From NCBI GenBank assembly GCA_038231435.1, contig JBBRLJ010000040.1:1-46371 (forward strand): a DNA stretch of 46,371 nucleotides, given 5' to 3'. This document shows positions 39,187 through 46,371 of the stretch, in pieces. The position numbers and the translations under genes were made by a program. The number at the start of each line of letters is the position of its first letter. Positions within the stretch are counted from its first letter, which is position 1. This DNA comes from Planctomycetota bacterium (GTDB lineage Bacteria > Planctomycetota > UBA11346). The notes below the pieces were generated by a model. That model had not been told where the DNA came from. It ran no database searches and was given only the letters and a program-made list of their open reading frames with translations.

Positions 39187-40170
39187 ATGAACAGCGATTT
39201 TTCCGCCCTGATGGTCGATGCCCCGAAACATGCCGCGATCGCGGCTCGGCTGACGACCGACCGGCTGCCGAAGGGAGAGGTGCTGGTGGCGGTGCGCTGG
39301 TCGAGCCTGAATTTCAAGGACGGGCTCGCCGTCACCGGCACGGCGCCGGTGGTGCGATCGTTCCCGATGGTGCCGGGGATCGATCTCGCCGGCGTGGTGG
39401 TCGAATCGTCGGACCCGGCATTCACGCCCGGCGATGAGGTGATCGCCACCGGTTGCGGCCTGGGCGAGTCGCATTGGGGCGGATACGCGGCCTTCGCGCG
39501 TCTGCCCGCGGCGTGGCTGGTGCGGCCTCCGGCCGGGTTGACCCTGCAGCGCGCCATGGCCTACGGCACCGCTGGGCTCACCGCGATGCTGTGCGTGATG
39601 GCACTCGAGCGCCACGGTCTGCCGCCAGCATCGGCGGTGGCCGTGACCGGCGCGGCCGGAGGCGTCGGCAGCGTCGCGATCGCGGTGCTGTCGCGGCTGG
39701 GGCATCGGGTATCCGCGATCAGCGGACGCGCGGCCGAGACCGGTTACCTGCTCGGCCTCGGCGCCATCGAGGTGCTGCCGCGCGAGGTGGCCAACGAGCG
39801 GCCCGACAAGAGCATGCTCACCGAACGCTGGGCGGGCGCGGTGGACACGGTGGGCGGAGCGATGCTCGCCGGGCTGTTGCGCTCCATCGCCCAATGCGGC
39901 GGAATCGCGGCGTGCGGCATGGCGGCCGGCGGCGACATGCCGGCCACCGTCTATCCCTTCATCCTGCGTGGCATCGGCCTGCTCGGCGTCTCGTCGTCAA
40001 GCGCGCCGATGCCGCTCAAGCGCGAAGCCTGGCGGCGACTCGCCGAGTTGGTGCCAGCGGCCACCATCGACGGCATGACGCGCACCATCGGGCTCGACGA
40101 GGTTCCCGTGGCGGCGCGCGAGATCCTCGCTGGCAAGGTGCGGGGTCGCATCGCGGTTCGCATTGGCTGA
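39187..40170 (+). CDS. acuI: MDR-family oxidoreductase, AcuI/YhdH (acryloyl-CoA reductase) type
   Basis: SSLNFKDGLA, PMVPGIDLAG, GTAGLTAML, VTGAAGGVGS, WAGAVDTVGG, PFILRGI. Confidence 0.88.
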   Translation: MNSDFSALMVDAPKHAAIAARLTTDRLPKGEVLVAVRWSSLNFKDGLAVTGTAPVVRSFPMVPGIDLAGVVVESSDPAFTPGDEVIATGCGLGESHWGGYAAFARLPAAWLVRPPAGLTLQRAMAYGTAGLTAMLCVMALERHGLPPASAVAVTGAAGGVGSVAIAVLSRLGHRVSAISGRAAETGYLLGLGAIEVLPREVANERPDKSMLTERWAGAVDTVGGAMLAGLLRSIAQCGGIAACGMAAGGDMPATVYPFILRGIGLLGVSSSSAPMPLKREAWRRLAELVPAATIDGMTRTIGLDEVPVAAREILAGKVRGRIAVRIG

Positions 40171-40186
40171 TCACTGCTTCCGCTGA

Positions 40187-40804
40187 TCACGGCGCGGTGG
40201 TCGGCCCATCTGGCGTCATCGCTGGTGCCGCCTCCGTCGTGGACGTGGCCGCAGCCGGAGGATCCACGACCACCACACGCGGCCCCTCGCCGGACAGCGT
40301 GACCACGACGCGCTGACCCGGCCGGTCGGCGGCGGTGAAATGGCCGACCGCCTCCCACCCGTCGCGATCGCCGCGCGCCTGCACGCTCAGGGTCACGACA
40401 TGTCCGGAGCGGATGGTGACGGTGAACTCGTCGTGGCCGGAACCGATCGGCTGGCGGAACACCCCCGCCTCCGCGGGGCCGTCGCCGCCGAGCAGGTACA
40501 GATCGGTGAAGCGCGGCTCGTCCCAGAAGGGATCGTGGCGGAAGAACGGCCGCTCCGGATACGCCCGACCGTAGTAGCGGTAGCGCGAGGCCGACCCATA
40601 GGGCTGGCACCAGGGATCGGGCTCGAGGAAGCCAGATACGGGCGCATAGCCGCGGGCCGATGGCCGGCTCATGCCCTGGACGTACCCGGGCTCGAGGTCC
40701 ACCACGACCGTCACCGGCACACCGCCCGGTTCACCGAGCGGCCGGTGATCACCGCAGCCGGCTGATGCAATGGCGATGGCAATGACGATGGTCAGCCGCG
40801 GCAT
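40187..40804 (-). CDS. Hypothetical lipoprotein
   Basis: Signal peptide with lipobox-like SAGC; Tyr/Pro-rich central part; start uncertain (40804-40822). Confidence 0.6.
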   Translation of the reverse strand: MPRLTIVIAIAIASAGCGDHRPLGEPGGVPVTVVVDLEPGYVQGMSRPSARGYAPVSGFLEPDPWCQPYGSASRYRYYGRAYPERPFFRHDPFWDEPRFTDLYLLGGDGPAEAGVFRQPIGSGHDEFTVTIRSGHVVTLSVQARGDRDGWEAVGHFTAADRPGQRVVVTLSGEGPRVVVVDPPAAATSTTEAAPAMTPDGPTTAP

Positions 40805-41032
40805 CGTCAGGGTCATGGCCATGGACCTCGCGCGGGCGATCATCATCGATGGCTGGACCAAGCCTGGTCCTGATCGATCGGAGGTCGCGCTTGGAGGCAT
40901 GGACGGCTGATGCTACGCTGTCCTCCCGCGACGGAACCGTCGCGCGCGGATCGCTTCGACAGCGTCCAGCAGCCACCTCCACCCTACCACTTCCATCCAC
41001 CGCATTCGCACACGAACGACACCGACGCCCGC

Positions 41033-41893
41033 ATGGCCGACACCATCCTCGCTCTCGGCGACGTCCTGCCCCTGACCTGCACGCGCGCCGGCACCTGCTG
41101 CCATGGCAAGGCGGTGTGGATCAATCCCTGGGAACTGGCGAGCCTGGCCCGGGCCCGTGGCCTGCCGCCGGGGCAGTTCCGCGAGCGCCACACCGAGGAC
41201 GGCGGCATCCGCCTGCGCTTCGCCGGAGCCGACCGCTGGCGCGGACTCGCCGCCTGCGATCAGTACGATCCCGCGCGCGGCTGCGTCGCCCATGCCGCGC
41301 GACCGCTCGCCTGCCGGCTGTTCCCGCTCGGCCGCGAACGCCAGGGCGAAGCCGTTCGCTACGTGCATGACCATCTCGGCTTCCCCTGCCTGGCGGGCTG
41401 TCCCGAGGTCGTGCAGTTGCCGAGCCTGACGGTCGCGGACTACCTCGCGAGCCAGGACCTCGCCGAGGGCGAGGCCGTGAGCGATGCGTATCTGGATCTT
41501 GCCCAAGACCTGGGCGAGGGCGCGTTCGTGCTGGTGTTCGACAGCGGCCTCGCCGCGGCCGAGGAGGGCATCCTGAAGCAGTGGCGCGCAATGCGCGATC
41601 TCGGCGCGCTCGAGCGCGCCAAGGCAGTGGAGCCGAGGCTGCTCGATCTGCTGGTGATCCCCGCGCTCGAGCCCACCGACGGCTGCGGCGCGGCGTTCGT
41701 CGCCGCACATGGGCGGCTCCTGCGCGAGCATGCCCAGGCATCGTTCGCCTCGTTGCGGACGCGCGACGAGCTGACGCGGGCGAGCTGCCAGATGCTCGGC
41801 CTGGCCCTGCATCTGGCGCGCTCGCTGGGAGCCGATGCCGGCGCCCTCGGCGATCATTGGCTCGGCGTGGCGCGGGAGAACGGCCTGCGCTGA
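41033..41893 (+). CDS. YkgJ-family cysteine-cluster (CxxCxxCC-like) protein
   Basis: CTRAGTCC, CDQYD..GCVAHAARPLACRLFP, CLAGCP. Confidence 0.8.
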   Translation: MADTILALGDVLPLTCTRAGTCCHGKAVWINPWELASLARARGLPPGQFRERHTEDGGIRLRFAGADRWRGLAACDQYDPARGCVAHAARPLACRLFPLGRERQGEAVRYVHDHLGFPCLAGCPEVVQLPSLTVADYLASQDLAEGEAVSDAYLDLAQDLGEGAFVLVFDSGLAAAEEGILKQWRAMRDLGALERAKAVEPRLLDLLVIPALEPTDGCGAAFVAAHGRLLREHAQASFASLRTRDELTRASCQMLGLALHLARSLGADAGALGDHWLGVARENGLR

Positions 41894-42039
41894 CCGGCGG
41901 CACCGCTCCCGCGGGGATGGCTCCGGCTCGTGTGTGCAGCGCGCCTCGTGGTACCGTCGTGCTGTCCATGGTGGAGCATCCAGCTGGCCACTACCATGGG
42001 TTGCATCCATCGCCGCGGCGGCGATGGTGCCACGTCCGA

Positions 42040-42075
42040 TCCAACGGGCATTCCAACTGGCATTCCACCTGGCAA
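42040..42075. repeat. Three 12-bp direct repeats upstream of the phosphatase gene
   Basis: TCCAACGGGCAT TCCAACTGGCAT TCCACCTGGCAA. Confidence 0.65.
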
Positions 42076-42093
42076 AGAGCGGAGCCACAGGCG

Positions 42094-43479
42094 ATGAAAC
42101 CACCTCTCGAAATGCAGATCCCCGGGTGGCTCTACCATTCCATCCAGAACGATCCGGCGTTCCGCGTCCTGACCATGGACGGCGTCAATTGGATCGATCC
42201 CTACACCGGCTCGATCGTGGCCGCGCCATTCGGGTACGAGGACGTCGCCAAGAAATACCTGTCGAAGCACAAGCCCTGGACGCGACTCCAAGTCAAGCCG
42301 CTCACCGATCTGCTGGTGCTGCGCTGGTTCCACTACCTGCGAGAGAATCTCGAATACGTGCCCTCGCTGCGCATCTTCAATTCGGGGATGTGGCTGAATC
42401 CTTATGTCGGCCAGTGGGTCCCCGGGGTGCCGCTCGAGAACGACAAGGTCACGCTGCGCACCATCGAGGAGATGGCCCGCCACCTCGCGCACTGCAACGA
42501 GGCCCAGACCGGCAAGATGATCGAGAGCTTCAAGATCGATCGCCTGGTCGCCGACGGCCCCAATCCGCGCGCCGGCAAGAACAGGAGTTCCGCTCGGCTC
42601 GCGCTCAAGCCGGCCACCGCCAAGCCGCTGCGCACGCCGGTGCGCACGCCGGTCAAGGGCACGACCGCGGGTAGCGGCAAGCAGACCGACTTCTTCCAGA
42701 TCAAGCAGATGCTGATCAAGATGCTGGCGCGTCCGCCACGCGTCGAGGGTTATCAGATCATCGTCCACTACGAACCGCACTCGGTGATCAGCCGCGACTT
42801 CTACGACATCATCCAGATGGATGGCGGCCGGCTGCTGCTGGTGATCGGCGACATCACCGGCCAGGGTCCGGGATCGGCGCTGATGGTCGCGTCGACGCTC
42901 AAGGCATTGCGCCTGATCGCCAAGGGTCCCAAGGACCTCATCGACGTGGTCTGCGCGCTCAACGAGGACGTCCGCCCCGATCTGCTGCAGGATTGCGCCA
43001 TCACCATGTTCGCGGCGATGATCGACACCAAGCACCGCTCGGTGACGTATCTGAGCGCCGGGCACCACCCGGCCGCGCTCCTGAACCAGAACCGCGAGAC
43101 GCCGATGCAGCAGATCGGCACCCAGGGCGACACGCTCGGGCGCTCGACCGGCGACCAGTTCAGGCGCTCGCTGCGTCCGGTGCAGATGCGCCTCGAGGTG
43201 GGCGACATCCTCATGCTCTACAGCGACGGGCTGTTCAAGGTCGCCAATGCCCGCAAGGAGGAATTCGGCCGCTTCCGTCTGCTCGGCTCGTGCGTCGCCA
43301 ACCTCGGACGCCCGTGCGGCGAGTTGGTGAACCAGGTGCTGGCCGATGCCAAATCCTACGCCGGCGGCAAGATCGGCGAGGACATGACCATGCTCGCGGT
43401 GCGGGTGAAGGACCCGAGCCCCGCCCAAGATCCGACGTCGTTCAATGAAACCTGGCTAGGGCAGACCCAGCTTTCTTAG
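42094..43479 (+). CDS. SpoIIE/RsbU-type PP2C Ser phosphatase with uncharacterised N-terminal domain
   Basis: DFYDII, VIGDITGQG, SAGHHP, LYSDGL, EEFG..RL, EDMTML; GGAG SD before ATG 42094. Confidence 0.85.
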   Translation: MKPPLEMQIPGWLYHSIQNDPAFRVLTMDGVNWIDPYTGSIVAAPFGYEDVAKKYLSKHKPWTRLQVKPLTDLLVLRWFHYLRENLEYVPSLRIFNSGMWLNPYVGQWVPGVPLENDKVTLRTIEEMARHLAHCNEAQTGKMIESFKIDRLVADGPNPRAGKNRSSARLALKPATAKPLRTPVRTPVKGTTAGSGKQTDFFQIKQMLIKMLARPPRVEGYQIIVHYEPHSVISRDFYDIIQMDGGRLLLVIGDITGQGPGSALMVASTLKALRLIAKGPKDLIDVVCALNEDVRPDLLQDCAITMFAAMIDTKHRSVTYLSAGHHPAALLNQNRETPMQQIGTQGDTLGRSTGDQFRRSLRPVQMRLEVGDILMLYSDGLFKVANARKEEFGRFRLLGSCVANLGRPCGELVNQVLADAKSYAGGKIGEDMTMLAVRVKDPSPAQDPTSFNETWLGQTQLS

Positions 43480-43555
43480 TTGGGGGCTTTTAGTTGGGGG
43501 GCTACGGCCCCCCAACATCGCGCTCCGCGCTGCCCCCCTGGAGGCAGGGAGAAGG
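43476..43555 (+). repeat. Palindromic repeat family B copy with a short partial duplication of its left end
   Basis: TTAGTTGGGGGC-TT-TTAGTTGGGGGGCTACGGCCCCCCAACATCGCGCTCCGCGCTGCCCCCCTGGAGGCAGGGAGAAGG. Confidence 0.85.
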
Positions 43556-43645
43556 ACTGGAAGGCGGGGCTGACAGCGGCAGAGCCGTTCGTGGTGGCTA
43601 CACGCATTGTGTTGCGGGAACTGGGCCTACCCTGTGCCGCTCGCC

Positions 43646-45463
43646 ATGCCGCACCCACAGGAACTGATCCGGAATTTCTGCATCATCGCGCACATCGATC
43701 ATGGCAAGAGCACGCTCGCGGAGCGGTTGCTGCAGGCGACGGGGGCGATGGCGGTGCGCGAGGACAAGGATCTGACCGTCCTCGACGGCATGGATCTCGA
43801 GCGCGAGCGCGGCATCACCATCAAAGCCAAGGCGGTATGCCTGTGGCACAAGCATACCGACGGCAAGCTCTACCAGCTGAACCTCATCGATACGCCCGGT
43901 CACGTCGACTTCACCTATGAGGTGACGCGCAGCTTGCAGGCCTGCGACGGCGCCCTGTTGGTGGTGGACGCGGTGCAGGGCGTGCAGGCGCAGACGGTGG
44001 CGAACTACCTGCTCGCGCTCGACCTCAAGCTCGACGTCATCCCGGTGATCAACAAGATCGATCTGCCCAGCGCCCGCGTCGACCAGGTCTGCGAGGAGAT
44101 CGAGGAGTCGCTCGCCCTCGAGGCCACCGAGGCGATCCTGGCCAGCGCCAAGATGGGCATCGGCATCACCGAGATCCTCACCGCGATCATCGAGCGCGTC
44201 CGTCCGCCGGTGGGCGTGATCGCCGAGAAGTGCCAGGCGCTGGTATTCGACGCCATCTATGACGACTACCGCGGCATCATCCTCTACGCTCGCGTGAAGA
44301 ACGGTCAGCTGAAGAAGGGCGACAAGATCCGCCTGATCCGTTCCGCCAAGACTTACGAGATCACCGACATCGGGCGCCTACGCCCGCAGATGTCGCCCTC
44401 CGCCGACGGCCTGCACGCCGGCGAGGTCGGGTACATCTGCGCCGCCATCAAGGCCCTCACCGACGTCAAGGTGGGCGACACCATCACGCTCGAGGATGCG
44501 CAGGCCGAGCCGCTCGCCGGATTCCGCGAGATGAAGCCGATGGTCTATTGCGGTGTCTTCCCATCGGGCGAGACCACCTACGACCAGCTGCGCGAGGCGG
44601 TAGAGAAGCTGTCGCTCAACGACGCGTCCTTCAAGTGGACGCAGGAGTCCGGCGGCGCGCTCGGCCACGGTTTCCGCTGCGGCTTCCTCGGCATGCTGCA
44701 CATGGAGATCTGCCAGGAGCGCCTCGAGCGCGAGCACGATCTCGACATGGTGCAGACCGCGCCGACGGTCACCTACCTGATCACCATCCGCGGCGACCAG
44801 CCCAAGCTCGAGATCACCACCCCAGGCGACCTGCCCAAGGATGGCTACGAGGCCATCGAAGAGCCGCTGGTGCTGATCCACTTCATGGTGCCCGCCGACA
44901 AGATCGGCGCGGTCATGCAGCTCGCATCTGACCGCCGCGGGGAATTCGTGCGCCAGGACTACCTCGGCACCAAGCGCTGCGTGCTGTCGTACAAGATGCC
45001 GCTCGCCGAGGTCATCTACGACCTCTTCGACAAGCTCAAAAGCCTGACCTCGGGCTACGGCACGATGGACTACGAATTCTCAGGATTCCAGGTCGCCGAG
45101 CTGGTGAAGGTCGACGTGCTGGTGCACAACCATCCGTGCGACGCGCTGGCCTTCATCTGCCACCGCCGCGACGCCGAGTACCGCGGCCGCGCCATCATCA
45201 AGTCGCTCAAGGAGGAGATTCCTAAACACCTCTTCGAGATCGCGCTGCAAGCCGCCATCGGCACGCGCGTCATCGCCCGCGAGACCATCAAGTCCTATGG
45301 CAAGAACGTCACCGCCAAGTGCTATGGCGGCGACATCTCGCGCAAACGCAAGCTCCTTGAGAAGCAGAAGGAGGGCAAGAAGCGCATGAAGATGGTGGGC
45401 AACGTCGAAGTGCCCCAATCCGCGTTCATGGCAGTGTTGAAGAGCCGGACCGCCGAGGAATAG
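43646..45463 (+). CDS. lepA: Elongation factor 4 (LepA)
   Basis: IRNFCIIAHIDHGKSTLA, ERERGITIKA, DTPGHVDF, GFRCGFLGMLH, KCYGGDISRKRKLLEKQKEGKKRMK. Confidence 0.98.
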   Translation: MPHPQELIRNFCIIAHIDHGKSTLAERLLQATGAMAVREDKDLTVLDGMDLERERGITIKAKAVCLWHKHTDGKLYQLNLIDTPGHVDFTYEVTRSLQACDGALLVVDAVQGVQAQTVANYLLALDLKLDVIPVINKIDLPSARVDQVCEEIEESLALEATEAILASAKMGIGITEILTAIIERVRPPVGVIAEKCQALVFDAIYDDYRGIILYARVKNGQLKKGDKIRLIRSAKTYEITDIGRLRPQMSPSADGLHAGEVGYICAAIKALTDVKVGDTITLEDAQAEPLAGFREMKPMVYCGVFPSGETTYDQLREAVEKLSLNDASFKWTQESGGALGHGFRCGFLGMLHMEICQERLEREHDLDMVQTAPTVTYLITIRGDQPKLEITTPGDLPKDGYEAIEEPLVLIHFMVPADKIGAVMQLASDRRGEFVRQDYLGTKRCVLSYKMPLAEVIYDLFDKLKSLTSGYGTMDYEFSGFQVAELVKVDVLVHNHPCDALAFICHRRDAEYRGRAIIKSLKEEIPKHLFEIALQAAIGTRVIARETIKSYGKNVTAKCYGGDISRKRKLLEKQKEGKKRMKMVGNVEVPQSAFMAVLKSRTAEE

Positions 45464-45597
45464 GCTGAAAGAGGCGGGGAACCATCCTACGGCTCGCCCG
45501 TCCAATCCACCTCGTGAGCGTGCTCCACCCCCTGCAATCTCCCCCGGTCAGACTTGATGCCAGCCTGACGATGGGGTACATTCCAGCAGGCCCCCCG

Positions 45598-46098
45598 ATG
45601 CGCATCCTCGCTTTCGTCATCCCAGCCTTGTTCGGCGCTGCCATTTCGGGCTGCGGCGTCGGCGGCTCGGCGACGGCTGGGAACCCCGCCGGCCCCTATG
45701 CCGCGACCACCCGCGAAGTCGCCCACCACGCCGACGTCGACTTGGTGGTGTCCGCCCTCGTGGCCACCCCGCGTGGTCCGACCACCGCCAGCACCGTGAT
45801 CCTGCACGCGACCTTCGCCAACCGTGGCACGGCCTGCACGCCGTCGGGCTACCGCGACGGCACCCTGAGCTACGTCCCGTTCCGCTACACCGTGAGCCGC
45901 GACGGCGAGATCATCGCCGGCGGCGAGATCGCCGGCCTCACCGATGACGACGCCGTGACCCGGGACATCACCTTGGTCGACCAGCCGCCCGGCGACAAGA
46001 CCTACGTCGTCACCATCGACAGCACCGACGCCATCGGCGAGACCAACGAAACCAACAATCAGGCGACGGTGCTGGTGATCTTCGGCGGGGCGGGCTAG
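45598..46098 (+). CDS. Putative lipoprotein with CARDB (Ig-like) domain
   Basis: Lipobox ISGC; DLVV...ATFANRG...IDSTDAIGETNETNN CARDB signature. Confidence 0.75.
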   Translation: MRILAFVIPALFGAAISGCGVGGSATAGNPAGPYAATTREVAHHADVDLVVSALVATPRGPTTASTVILHATFANRGTACTPSGYRDGTLSYVPFRYTVSRDGEIIAGGEIAGLTDDDAVTRDITLVDQPPGDKTYVVTIDSTDAIGETNETNNQATVLVIFGGAG

Positions 46099-46110
46099 GG
46101 CTTTCTATGT

Positions 46111-46371
46111 TCAGGGGCTCCGCCCCTACGGCCCTGTCGGGCCTACCCCACGGGCTTTGTCGTGGCTCGATTTCTTCGCTGCGCTGTGAAATCGTGGGCG
46201 GATGGCCTACGGCCATTCTATCCGCCGACCGCCACTCTGCGCCCGGTCGCTTCGCTCCGGGGGGACAGCGACTCCACCCCGGCAGCCACCCCCCAGTTTT
46301 GACGGGGGGCCCCATCGCTCCGCGATGGGGCGGGGGCCGAGGGGCGGTCGGCGGATACAATCGGCGTAGCC
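46111..46371. repeat. Repeat family A: inverted copy (46111-46245) and truncated forward copy (46301-end)
   Basis: 46111-46245 is the reverse complement of 35-167 with substitutions; 46301-46371 resembles window positions 7-65 and continues like copy 2. Confidence 0.9.

Noticed and set aside
42046..42075. Sigma-54 promoter (TGGCA motifs)
   Set aside because: The spacing gives GG-N11-GC rather than the required GG-N10-GC.
46301..46371. Circular contig or terminal direct repeat with the window start
   Set aside because: The ends are similar but not identical (different copies of repeat family A), and the gene content is chromosomal housekeeping.

Overview
GC-rich bacterial chromosomal segment, most likely from a Planctomycetota/PVC-group organism (inferred from the PVC-type L28, the ECF sigma/FecR pair and a prenyltransferase-repeat protein). 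It holds about 37 protein-coding genes and one tRNA-Cys(GCA). Most are housekeeping: rsuA-type pseudouridine synthase, xseB, pilT, HU-like protein, rph, argF, argB, prepilin peptidase, hrpA, tyrS, uvrA, nagB, nagA, rpmB, tldD/tldE, lepA. The rest are carbohydrate or regulatory accessory genes. I found no integrase, transposase, CRISPR array or prophage. Main observations: (1) a Tyr-rich leader peptide (MPTVAAIAYYRPYRFD) with mutually exclusive terminator and antiterminator hairpins upstream of tyrS, which looks like a ribosome-mediated tyrosine attenuator rather than a T-box; (2) an ECF sigma with a FecR-type anti-sigma fused to a glycosidase-like domain that may be catalytically dead; (3) two families of palindromic intergenic repeats rich in cGNAg triloop hairpins, one at both window ends; (4) a tandem operator pair in front of an IclR-dioxygenase unit; (5) a SpoIIE/PP2C phosphatase with an unrecognised duplicated N-terminal module. 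All family calls come from motif recognition by eye, with no database searches.
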